Origin: Hydrolagus colliei
Taxonomy: Eukaryota
Direction of reading: 5' to 3'
Assembly: GCA_035084275.1 (NCBI GenBank)
Contig: CM068772.1
Coordinates: 2,294,001-2,358,000, forward strand
Length of the DNA stretch: 64,000 nucleotides
The notes under the pieces were generated by a model. That model did not search any database, was not told the origin of the DNA, and saw only the letters and a list, made by a program, of their open reading frames with translations. The position numbers and the translations under genes were made by a program. Below are positions 26,981 to 39,615 of this stretch, piece by piece. The stretch's first letter is position 1, and every line of letters starts with the position of its first letter.

Positions 26981-28689
26981 ATCTGAACCATTTTTAGCGT
27001 CGGAACGCAGGGGCAATTTCTAAAAATGTGCAGTTAAGTGCAGGTGTCGCCCAGTTTATTCGTGATATTGCATTTAGGTGTATTTTTTATATTGCCTTAT
27101 CTGTTTATCTAGCAAACAAAACCGTAGAGGATGCGCTCAGGCATTAAATAGTGTATTGTATGTGAAATTGTGGGACATAATCTCTAGATAAATATCTGTC
27201 TGGCAGAGGACAAATATACAAATACGAAATGTATCACTCGAAATCATTCCTAATCTGTATGTGAGTGGATGTGGGGGGGGGTTGTTCAGAATGATTGAGG
27301 ATTAAACAGTGCAAAATAAAATCAAATATATGCTTTGTATTTTACCTAAAATTGAATAAATTTTTCAATAGAATAATCGCAAAAAAGGATGACAATTTGG
27401 AGACTCCTTTTGTGGTGTATTTCAGTGAATTGTGTTTGGCCTGTTTTGCAGTCGTTAACTAAAGCTGTTTCTCGTATTCCCTCTCCCCCCCCCACCCCCC
27501 ACTCCCACCCATCCTCACCCCTCATGTTGTTGCTGTGGGGTGCGAGAGGACAGAGGGAGAAATATATTTCCAAACTGAGTGGTGAATGAAGCGGGAGTGA
27601 AGCGGGAGTGAAATTGGTTCACAAAGCGGCTGTAAATTTGGGATGTGTGAGCAGTTAGCAAAGGGTATCAATATAGCGGCCAGGGCTGAATCCAAAAGCA
27701 TCAATGGCGGAATCAATTGGGGTGGGGGTGGGGGGTTGGGGGGTGGGGGCTAATGACTGGCTCATCAGATCAAAGGCTCTACTTAAAGAATTGGGTAGAG
27801 GAATGCATTTCCACCTGGGGCTATTTTCACTCTTTTATTTTATCGGCATTTCAGTGCATGTAGGATTCTACCAGTTCTGTATAGCTACAAGCTCCCCCCC
27901 CCCCCCCCCCTAACTTATTTGAAAAATCTGCAGAAAACCGTTTCACAGACAGATAAAAACTAAATATATTTTTTTCTAATTCTGGAAGTTCTGTGATTCT
28001 GAGAGAAAATTTTAGACATGGGTGAAATTTATCTTCTCCTCCATATTTAGAGATATATACAGTATATACACGTGTAAGGAAATAATATACTACATGCTCT
28101 CTCTCTGTGTCCCTCGCTCTATCTACTTCTCTCTCTGTATATTTAATCTGTAAAATTATACCAGAAAAAGTTTTCAAATTATGTTGGGAAAATAAATGTG
28201 GTTTTGGTGTGGCTGGCAATTGTTTGAAATGTGGACTCAGACCTTTTGATAACACAAAGTCATAAACATATCTGTATCTGCTCTGGAATAGAGAAAAAAG
28301 TATTTCGATTCTTTGCAATGTCTGTGTGTGTGTGTCTGTGTATAGAGAGAGCCGATGGCTTGCTGGGTTAGGTCATTTTACAGACTCATTTTAACTCGAA
28401 TTCACATTTTTTTTGGTGCAGGTACCATACAGGATTTTTTTTTTAATTTAAATAAGTAAATAAACAAAGGATTTGTTCGAGTCAGAAACATGCAACAAGC
28501 GGTGTAAATTATAAAGATTGTACGCTTGGAAAATACTTAGCAAAAATAACAATAAGCGAAGCAAAAAATATACAATAAATTAGTGGCGAATTTAATGGCT
28601 AAAAAAAAGCTTATACAGGATCAGAATTATTTTTGTGTGTGTGGGGGGGGGCCTCCCTTTTGTGAGTTAGATAAACGTTCATTGTATTA

Positions 28690-28810
28690 TTTTTTAACCA
28701 CGAATTTAACGTGCCAAAGGCGTGCTGCCACCACGTGACAGTCTCTAGTCAAGACATGGCGAGCTGCTAACTTGGGAACCATAATAGGTTTTATGGGGAC
28801 AGAGGCCCTA
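28690..28810. promoter_or_regulatory. Probable conserved non-coding element upstream of HoxC6
   Basis: Dense motifs in unique sequence: CCACGTGAC (USF E-box), AAGACATGGCG (YY1-like), CCATAATAGGTTTTATGG (paired Cdx/Hox sites). Confidence 0.55.
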
Positions 28811-30702
28811 ACTGAGTGTTTCTCAGTCTTACCCCCCCCCCCCCCCCCCCCCGCCCAAATAAAAAAACATATATAAACACAACCCAAACCATACCATATT
28901 TCAATTAAAAATACAACGTTTTATTCGGCTGTGTGGCGCCTGTTTATATCCCCCCCACCACCCCCCTCCACCCATCAAACCCTTTTCTTATACATCACAA
29001 AACAATATAAATACAACAGCCATTTTTTTTCGTGTTTTGTTTCTGTCATTTGCATTTATTCAAAACAGCCTTTTACCTGGACGATGCACACCCAAAAATA
29101 AATCAAAGTTTAGCAAATTGCAATCTATTTATGTTTCATAAATTTCCTTTTTAAAGTGGATTTCATTACTTGTTTTTATCTGAATGAATCGTTTTGATTC
29201 ATGGGAGAGTGGTGGGGAGTGGGGTGGATTTGGGGGTGGTGATGGGGGGGTCGTTCACACAGTTCGCGGGAATATAACCGTTTATTGGATAAAATGAATT
29301 TTTATCACTGTTGACTAAATAGGGCATACACCGAAATGCAAAAGTGAAGCCACAAAGATAATAAGCTTATTTCCATGCTGTGAGGGGAGGGGGGGGGGGG
29401 GGGGGGGGGGGGGTCCCAACACGGTTTGCATTGCTTTAAGCAACTAAATAACTCGTGACTTATTTTTATAAAGCAAAAAAAAAGCAAACTTTTGCGTTTC
29501 GATACACTGCCATATACAAAACTATTTACTAGTGAGGTTATAGGTTTGGAGATAAGGCTATCATTTCCAGAATAACGGTTACAGAAAACACAATAGATTG
29601 AAACAGAGAAAGCGTGTGCAATAAACATCATTATTATTATTATGTCTTTTAGTGTGAATTTTAAACTCCCCCCCCCCCCCCCCACCCCCCAAAAAAATCG
29701 CTGGACATTTTCAGATTACTCGCGTGGACGGCAATGCTGTATAGTTTGCACACAAAGATACATTCATTGAATAGTTTAAAAAATATATAACATTACAAGG
29801 TCGAGAGGGTTCTGTCCTCAGCCAAGCTTTCTTTTTTTCCTCGAGGCCTGTAGCTCAGACAGCTCCGTGCTTACAAACAGTCTTGCACCAGCTTCATTGT
29901 GTGCAGTTTCCCTTGGATGCGAGAAGCGGGACCCCCCGCCCCACCAACCCCCACCCCCCCACTCCCATCAAGTCCACAAATTACACCCTAAAAAAAAAGA
30001 CACAAAAAGAAAAGAGGGAGAATTAAAAGAAATATACCTCGTAAACTATGCGGAAGAAACCGACTGCTTAACGAATGGACAGCGGCTTTACGTCAAGGGA
30101 TCAGCCGCATTTGTGAATTATTTTTTGACCAAAAACAACCTTGTACTTGTGTTATAGATACTTGTGTTAGTGTAGGAGAAAGGTAAGCATTTGAACTGCT
30201 TTTTTTCCCCCCACCACTTAATGTCTCTCTTAAGTATTGCCTGTTTTTTTCGGGGGAAGAATATAACTGCAGCCTTATTTTCAGACCTTGGCTCAATGGC
30301 GATCGATGGATCAGCAAGCCAGCAGCCCTAGAACAACATAATCTCCACAATTTATTTCAATAATCTTCAAAGCAAGTTCGCAGGAAACATTCATCAATTA
30401 ACTGGCTTTAATATAGTTGTTTAGCTTTAATTAAATCAATACAGGCAATAACCCAAAGAAGTAGCGAAACGGCTGATTCAATTTGTGTTTTTTTTTCTCT
30501 CTTTTTAAAAAAAATGTTTTTTTTAATTCCATAAATGGGTTTAATAACAGTCAAAACTCGCTGACTTTGATCATACCGAGTTTCAGAAGATTGTGAAATT
30601 AAGAATACGTTTAAGAAAGTTATGAACAGATATACAATATCAACAGAGAGAGACAGACAGACAGAGAGACAGACAGACAGACAGACATACTAGAGAGGCT
30701 AG

Positions 30703-30735
<33 letters not shown>

Positions 30736-32524
30736 CCCTCCCTTTCTCATATGTCCCCCCTTCATTGTGGAAAAAAAACAGTTTTGTTTTTGCGCGGCTG
30801 GTAAGAGTTTCAGTCAAATGATGTTTTAAATTATGCAGCCAATTTTCGTTTCAGTTCAGAGAGAGAGGGGGGAAAAAAGCGTTTTGCTAGTAGGAAAACC
30901 TTTGACCTAAAGAGTCATGAAATACTTCTTTTTATTGGCTTCATGTTCTATATAAAAGGCTATAAACCTCGTTTTTTTCTTCTTTTTTTTAAAAAGAGAC
31001 AGCTATTTGCCTCAAGATTAATTTCAACGTTTGAAGCATTTGGTGAGATGTTATGAAAGTAAAAAAAAACGACACTAACAATGTTATTCTGAATGCCTTG
31101 CACAAAATCAACATGCAGCCAGCTATATTGTGGATCACACAGTGTGCAGGGAAACATGCCATGCTTTGCACACTCACAGTTAAATAACGCCAGACACAAC
31201 AGCCAAAATAAAGACTATTTTTGGTTTAAACAGGGATAAAAATGGGAGAAGATGGAGAGGAAAGTTGTGCTTTTTTTTAAAAGAAAAAGAATGCCATGTG
31301 AGCTGTTTATTTGCAGGGTTGAGATATTTAGGGGTGGCGGGGTGGGGGGGGTGGGGGTGGGGGAGGAATTTGAAAATCTCTCTACCCTCTCCATCTAAGC
31401 AAACAATAGAGCATTATCTTTTGAGTTCGATTATTGATAATTTAGTGCAAGGAAACGTTGAATCTGAATAACTACAATGGGGGTGGGGGGCTGCCAATAA
31501 ACTTAAGATTCTTCGACAAACTAAACATGGATTGTTATCAGCAAAACGTTTATTGGGGGATGAAGTTAGAATATTATTATTGGCTCTGCCCCCCCCCCCC
31601 CCCCACCCCCTTTCCCAGTTTTAAAGAAAAAAATAATGCTACAACATCGACTTCCGATTCATCCCATTTAATATACCTAAAAGTTGTATTTGTACATTAG
31701 AAGCCAAGATATCCCAGATTTATTTTAAAACTAAGAAACCTGGGGAGCCAAAGCATGCGAGAAAACTTTCCTTTTTTTTGCAATAGTGTTGCTTTTTTTA
31801 AAACCCGGAAGACTGATGAATTTGATTATTCGTTAGGAGTTCTAGGAAAGAGAGTAAAGGCATGTGTGAACAATACTGTATATGTAAATCATTCCGTTTT
31901 GCTCAGGGATATTATTTGCTCAGGAATAGAAGGATAACCGGTTAACGCGGATGTTACACCATAATTAAGAGAGAAATCTCTTAAGAATACATGTGTATTT
32001 ATCAACATACATATCACTTCATACAAAAATACAAACTATCTTTCAAAATGTCATCACTGTGTGCCCCCAAAGAGTATGATGTCTGCACAGCATGTTGAAG
32101 GAAATCATCTTAAAATGAAATTGAGGAAATAATTTTGTTTACCCCCCACCCTCCCCTCCCACTCCCCTTAGGTTATTTTTCTCTCCACCATCTAGAAATA
32201 GCCACAAGACTCATGTGAAAAAAAAAGGTAGGAAATTGTCTAGCAATTGTGCTGTTGTTTGCATTGCAATCCTACCTTTCAGTTTGATTCTCAGGGATTT
32301 AATGTACACACACACATATATATATATATCTACATAAATACAAGATACTTAAAGCTGCCTCGGATTTTGCGTACTTTCACTCTGTTTGTCTTGGGAATCT
32401 TGAGTCAAGCAGAGCAATTCAGCCCCCCCCCCCCCCCCAGCCCCCCACCTCTCCACCCCCCACTACTCCAACACCCTCCCCCCCCACCTCTCTCTCTCTC
32501 TCTCTCCCTCTCGTCCATGACACA

Positions 32525-32730
32525 CAGGTTGTTATTGGTCAGGCTGGAGTCAGCTGACGTTGTCATTTTGTCTGCCTTGTAAGGCAAGCCTTCCCTTATA
32601 ACAATCTTGTTACAGTCTGTAAACTCCCGAGTCCAGAAAAAATATTATTGAAAAAATAACCCCATATTCCATAATTAACCCCCCCAAAAAATAGAGGCGC
32701 AAAAAAAAAATATCTCGAGGAGCTGGAGCT
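32525..32730 (+). promoter_or_regulatory. HoxC6 promoter/5'UTR
   Basis: ATTGG (reverse CCAAT), CAGCTGACG, and TTTTGTCTG...CCCTTATAACAATCTTGTT resembling the HOXC6 5' leader as recalled. Confidence 0.55.
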
Positions 32731-33134
32731 ATGAATTCCTATTTGCAAACCCTTCCTGCCTTGTCATCTAGCCAGCGGCCAAGAAATCCTACCCACCGCC
32801 GGGTTAAATTCAGCCGCTTTCGATCCGGTCAGGCATTTTTCCACGTACGGGGCTGCCGTGTCCCAGGGCAGAATTTACTCCTCCCCGTACTATTCCACGC
32901 AAGACAATGTGGTGTTCGGCCCCGGCCGGGCGCCCTTCGACTACGGATCCAACGCCTTCTACCAGGAAAAAGACCTGCCCGCCAGTTGCAGGCAAAACGG
33001 TCTCGGAAACAACACAGACAGCAGCAATCCCATCGCCCAGGACCTCAATGGAGAGCACATCAGGCGCTCAGCGCAAGAGGAGAAAAGCAATTTTCCAATA
33101 TATCCCTGGATGCAACGAGTCAACTCACACAGTG
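32731..33134 (+). CDS. hoxc6: Homeobox protein Hox-C6, exon 1, with two apparent 1-nt deletions (about 32743 and 32755)
   Basis: Restoring TAT TT(T) GCA and TCC (C)TG gives MNSYFANPSLPCHLASGQEILPTAGLNSAAFDPVRHFSTYGAAVSQGRIYSSPYYSTQDNVVF...IYPWMQRVNSHSG. Donor AGTG|GTGAGT at 33135. Confidence 0.93.
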
Positions 33135-33737
33135 GTGAGTATTTGGGGGGTGGGGGGGTGGGGGAGAGAGGGAGAGTTTCATAAGTCTATTTATGGTGAG
33201 CTAAACAGTAATATATTACGCGTGATACTATATATATATACGCGTGATATAGATACCTACTGTGCAAAACTCTTGCATATATCTTTAAACTCAAGCCACC
33301 TATCATTTGTTTTGGAGATTGCGTCTGTCAACCAGCAACAACAACAAAAAAAACAATCCGCGAAAATAGCCTCTTGAAACCCCTCTTGACACTTTATTTA
33401 GATTTCAAATAAAGATTTTTAAAAAAAATATATTTCCTTATAGTTACTACACGCCTAGCTGTACAAACTTGCAATTCGCCGCTTCAATCCGAAGTGAACA
33501 TTGGAACCTTATATTTTACATTAATGTTTTCTATTTTTTCTTATTTTTAAAAAAAAAGGCCAAATTTCGTTCAACAAACAGTAATTTTTTTTCACGTGAA
33601 AGCAATCACAGTGGGTCGAACAGGGCGACTGATGTGTCAAACGTAATATAACGCATGGGCTGCCCTTCAGATAAAAGATGCGAACAATTAACGTTTATTT
33701 GTTGATTACATTTTCTATTTGTGTAAATTGCCTGTAA

Positions 33738-34274
<537 letters not shown>

Positions 34275-37018
34275 CTAAAAGAGAGACATACAGAGAGAGA
34301 GAGAGAGAGAGAGGTGGGTGGGGGTGGGGGGGAGAGAGAGGGGAAGAGACGAGAGAGAGAGAGAGAGAGGAGAGAGAAGAAAAGTCACCTTAACTGGGAA
34401 AGATTATTCTCTCTCTCTCTCTCTCTGTCTCTCACTCTTTCTCTCTCTTTCTCTCTCTACACACACCCCACTACCACAAAGTCGTGTAATACTTTAAAAA
34501 AATTCACACACATCCTGGATCTATCGGAACTGTTGGTGCTAGAGAACAGGAGAAACATTTTATTTATGCATAGTTTCCCATTCTGCATTCTGTAGAAAGT
34601 AGGAGATGAAGAAGAGCAAGAAGAAGAAAAAAAACGCGCCCGAATGCCAGTCAATGGTAGCATTAGCTGTAAATGTATTCAACCGTCTTAATTATGTCTT
34701 CAGTGAAAAAAAGGGGACCTATGTTAATTATTTAATAAAATGCTTATTTTTTTTGAAAGTTAGAGACAACGCTAGTATTTGTTTGTTGTGTAGCTTAAGG
34801 CAAGCTTACAATAAGATAAAAGACTGAATACATTGCAGAGAGCAAAAGTTTGTGTCAAGTTTTTCTTGTCAAAAAAAACATTAGGGCTTATCTTGGAAAC
34901 AAATCTGAAGACAGGTTTTGGGTAGAACTTATGGCTTTACACGGACAAAAGATAATTTCTTCTGTACTCAAGGGTTTGTGCAGGCCGAGTGTGTGTGTGT
35001 GTGTGTCTGTGACTGTGTCTGCATGTGTGTGTGTATATATATATATACAAATGACTAGAAGAAATCACACCCAATATTGGAAACGATTGACAATAAATCC
35101 CAATGAAACGGCATGTTGGGGGAGGATATATCAGTGTAAATACACCACCCGAGTGTAGTTACACAACACAAAATTGATACAACAACAACACACGACGTTT
35201 ACCTATAAACTCACAAAATGGGGGAAGAAACACAGGCAATGCATACACACACACATAACAAACACTCACACACACACACGAGCCATGGCATGAGGTGAAT
35301 TGGTTTGCAAATCAAGCTTCAAAACAACAAAGCAAAAAAAAATCAGATTTGTCCTGATAAATAAATAACTGTGCACACAGATTGTGAAACTCAAAACTAA
35401 TTGTTGGCGTCTTGGTGAATGGGCTAATGGTGAATTAGAGGTGGGGGGGGGGGGAGGGGGGGCATAGATAAGAGTCATAAACCTTCTAAATTGAGGCCGG
35501 AAGGATGTTTCTCCTATGTTGCAATAAATGAACCAAGTACTCTAGATAAATTCGACTAAAGCTATAGCGAAGAATGTATCTACTAGGCTGCAAAACTTAA
35601 TTTATATTCTTCTCTTATTATATAAAAAAATCAAGGCTTCAATAATGTTTGTGGGTGTCTGTTTGAGCGCTCGAAATTTCAGTCTATAAACATTCGAAAG
35701 CAATTTATTTCGTTCGACCTCGTTAGCTTTATTTTCTTACTCTCTTTTCTCCCTGTTTAGTTAAACCGAGGCAGGCGAATTTGTGCCTTGATTTCAACAG
35801 ATGAAAACACAAAAGCGAACAACACACACACACACACACTTTTGGTGCGGCAGCCATATAGACAGTATAAAGCGTAATATAAGTTCACGCAAAATCTCCT
35901 TAAGGCAAATGTTATTTTTGTACGCTTGTCAACTTTGATTTTAGATGGGATTTTTTTAAAAAGAAATGAGGAAAACAAGTTTGCGAGTTCTTCGGTGGGA
36001 AATGCGTTGCCTTTTTTTTCACAGAGAATGGACGAGCAACAGAGGTGGTACATTTGCTAGTGTTTTGAAATATGTTTTAATCAAAAAAGAGTGAGTAACT
36101 AGCTCTCAGAAGTAACAGTGTGCAAACTGTGGACTTTCTATATAGCACTTGACTAATCTAAACGAACGAGTTCTTGGATAAAAAAAACGTGAATAGGATG
36201 ATTGTGAAGATCAGTGGGCAACTGTGCAGTCAAAACAATACAGAGGAAACGAGTTTGCTTTCGACTTTCGCAACGTATTTTAAAATAATGTATTGTATTT
36301 AAAATTGCTTCTGTACCCCAAGCACACATGCATTCTCTTTCTCTGTCACCATACACACACAGCCATAAATTGCACACGCATCACATGTTGTCTCACACAC
36401 CATATATACACACACACACTGTTTTATACACATATACAGATACACACATTTAGTGCGTTTTATGCAATGTGTGTTTCTTTCTCTGCCTCTCTCTTTCTCT
36501 CTCTCCGCGCGCACGCGCGCACACTAGCACACACACACACATACTGTTCACCCCTAAGCAAAACAGAAGTTACTTTCCACCCTAAACGCATCTTGCAAAT
36601 CCTGTTAAGATGGAGTTAAGATGTCTGTCAGGACAGACAAGACAGAAGTGGTCTAAAACCAGACTTGCTTGCAACACGAATTGATTCGCAATCACTAGCG
36701 TTTGATGTAAACCAGTGGTACTGACTGACATGTGTGTGTGTGTATATATATGTATGTATGTGTGTGTGTGTGGAATGAGCTAATAACATTGTAGATTTCT
36801 TTGCAAACGTGTTGTAACTCCTACCGATGGCCTACAGCATTTAATATGTGTATGTGTGCAATATGGGCTCCCGGCCTGTCTACATTGGTGTATTGTAACA
36901 TGTTTAGGTCGATTTGGGAGGGGTGAGTGGAGAGGGGAGGGGAAGGGTGGGGGGGGGGGGGGGGGGTGGAAGGAGGTTGGGGGGAGTTCATTCTGGGTGT
37001 GCGGTGGTGTCTCGGTGA

Positions 37019-37037
37019 CTGGCGCCAGGTGACGCTC
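37019..37037 (+). promoter_or_regulatory. Candidate CTCF site (C6|C5 boundary)
   Basis: CTGGCGCCAGGTGACGCTC fits the CTCF core CCASYAGRKGGCRS; about 590 bp upstream of the HoxC5 ATG. Confidence 0.55.
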
Positions 37038-37616
37038 TCGCCTCATGTCCCGCTTTGATTCCTTCTTGTGAAATGGGCTCTTTCAAGATCAGACCCATTC
37101 TACAAGGCGGAAAATGCATCAATTCTCAAGTCTCTCTCTTTCTTTCTCTCTCTCTCTGTCTGTCTGTCTCCCACCCCCCCTCCCACCCACCCCCACCAAC
37201 CCACAACCAGTCCCCCCATTCCCCCCCCCACCCCTCCCTTCCTCGCCACCACCGCTTTTTTTTACATGAAAAAGCAGGGAAAGAGAGAAGCGGGGGGGGG
37301 GGGGGGGGGGGGGCAACCTTGCTATCTATGGAGTGGCTCAGAGATTAACACGTGGTTCCATTGAAACTTCTTCCTCATGTAGCAGTTCACCAAATTCTCC
37401 CACCCCGGGTGAAAAAACAAACCTATCTAACCTGAACTGTTCAATTCACTTCCACCCTCCCAACTCCACTTCCCTGCCCCCCAACCCCACAACTCTTGTG
37501 TCTGTGTGTGTGTGTGTCCCATTTGCCCCCCTCCCCCCCCCCCCCCCCACCCCTCCTCCCACACCCACCTCACCCCTCACAAAATTGCTATGAATCAAAC
37601 CAGAGCTAAATACAGG

Positions 37617-38100
37617 ATGCACAATTATTTCGCAAATCCAGTTCACCAGCCGGGTCAATATGGATCGGCTTGTGGGAAGGAGAGTGGGAGGTTGGAGGGA
37701 CCGACTTCAACAGGCCGGCCCGTGTATCCTCCCAGGTACACTTATCGTGGGTTGGATATTAACACTCGTTCGCCTGCCCCGCGCGTTACCAACTCCAGCC
37801 TGTCAGCCGAAGAAGGGGCAATGTCAGCAAACGCCAGCGGTCGCCCATTCGCACTAGCCATGGGAGATCGGGCGGACGGTCCGGGAAGCGAGAGGAGGCA
37901 ACCGAAGGCGGAGGAGGTCGTGGCCGCTCGCCACGATGGGATTTACTGTCAGACCACCGCCAGAGGCAAAAGGGTCGAGAGCGGTGTCCGAAAAGCCAGG
38001 GAACCGAGCTCAGATACGGGAGAGACAGCAAACCACACGGGAGAGACTCAACGAGCGCCTCGCATCTATCCCTGGATGACCAAGATCCATCTAACCCATG
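37617..38100 (+). CDS. hoxc5: Homeobox protein Hox-C5 (divergent), exon 1
   Basis: MHNYFANP (equivalent to the MSSYF motif), RYTYRGLDI (Hox5 RY.Y.GLD motif), hexapeptide IYPWMTKIHLTH. Donor CATG|GTAAAA at 38101. An alternative in-frame ATG lies at 37590. Confidence 0.88.
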
Positions 38101-38832
38101 GTAAAAATAACAGCAATAATAAAATTCCACCTCAATCAATGCACTGTGTTGTAATGAGCAAAAATAAATTAAATTTTATATATATATATAGCAATAATCC
38201 TCGCGTTAGAAATAGCGCCTGAAAAAAAAATCGTTCAGACGTCTTTCCAAAAAAAAAGCCTTGGCAGAATAGCTACCTACTGTAAAGTGACTTAACTTGT
38301 TTTGTTTTATGTGGTTGGGCTAAAAAAAAAAGAGAAAAAAGAATTGTGAAATTGTGAAACGGAATTTTTTTGTGTTATTGTTTTTTTTTAGCGTTTAATA
38401 AGTGGGCCGAGGCAGATTATGAAATCTCACCACATAAATTCTAAGGCAAAATATATCAATACCTCGTAAACCTGTCCAACCCGGATCCTAAAGGATACTA
38501 AAAATGATGGCAAAATAATTGGTTAGGAAAAGAAACGCGTGCCAGAAATCCCCACTAACCTATGATATTAATATATCACTAGGGAGAGGGTGTAGATTTA
38601 GCTGCTATATAATGTATATATATACTTTATACACGTATAAATATATACATAGGTATTTATATATATAGGTTGTTCACACACTTCAAGAATGCGTGTTTGT
38701 TAGAACAGATGGATTGAGAGTATTAGCAATGAATCGGATTCAAACTGATCAATAAAAACTAAATATTCATATTGGCTGTTTTTTTTCTGTTCAATGCGAT
38801 AAGATGTGCTCCCTTCCCACGTTTCTTTGCAG

Positions 38833-39059
38833 ACGCCCTGAGCAACGCAGAGGGGAGGCGATCCAGGACTTGTTATACACGTTACCAGACCTTGGAACTC
38901 GAGAAAGAATTTCATTTCAACAGATACATCACGCGTCGGAGGCGGCTGGAGATTGCCAGCCATTTGTGCCTGAACGAGAGACAAATTAAAATCTGGTTTC
39001 AGAACCGGCGGATGAAATGGAAAAAAGACACAAAAACTAAGAGTGGGAGCAGCCGATAG
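38833..39059 (+). CDS. hoxc5: Hox-C5, exon 2 (homeodomain); spliced product about 236 aa
   Basis: Acceptor TTTGCAG|AC. Translates [79 protein letters not shown] and LCLNER are HoxC5-like, and the gene lies between C6 and C4. Confidence 0.92.
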
Positions 39060-39609
39060 AGAGAGCCACGGGTGGTGTATGGGGTGGGGGGGGTGGGGGG
39101 AGGGAGGGGAGACGGTGTGGTGGGGGGGGGGGGGGGGTGGAATAGGAATTGATTTCCATTTTGCTACTGTACCAAAACAAAATCTCTTCAATTTTTTTCT
39201 AAGAATAAACAAATTGTCTTGCGTATACAAAAGGTACAAAAAATGTCCACTGGACTTATTTCAGTGGTTCAAAGGGAACTTAAATCGTGTGTTTATGGTG
39301 GTGGGGGGTGGGGGGTGAGGGGAGATGGAGTGAGCAACATAACTCTACTAGTTTACGTCTGCAAAAACATCTTTAACGAAATAATTGTCTGTTGAAAGTT
39401 TTGGTCAAATCTACACACCGTGGTCTTTACTGCAGGAGAGAACCTCTCTAAATTGCCTTTCACAAAAGTGTCTGGGTTTCACCGAATTGGGTGGGTAAGG
39501 GGGTGGTGTCGCACAGAGAGTTGAAATGTTACTTCGCCTGTTTGCATTGATCGATTTTTGGAGGGTTTTGGAAAAGCGAGTTTTTCTTTGATTTATGTGT
39601 CTTGTTGAA

Positions 39610-39615
39610 AATAAA
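39610..39615 (+). terminator. Candidate HoxC5 polyadenylation signal
   Basis: AATAAA about 550 nt after the stop codon. Confidence 0.35.

Noticed and set aside
26518-32500. Search for a HoxC7, C8, C9 or C10 pseudogene remnant
   Set aside because: No WFQNRR-, ELEKEF- or YPWM-like coding trace seen by eye on either strand. A highly decayed relic cannot be excluded without tBLASTn.
32731-33138. 135-aa ORF MNSYLQTLP... as a novel protein
   Set aside because: It is the out-of-frame reading of HoxC6 exon 1 caused by the indels.
38101-38832. miR-615 in the HoxC5 intron
   Set aside because: No GC-rich hairpin or mature sequence seen; miR-615 is eutherian-specific.
38700-39239. Antisense ORFs over Hox exons (also 2030-2518, 37786-38139)
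   Set aside because: Shadows of GC-rich coding exons and homopolymer tracts, with no independent evidence.
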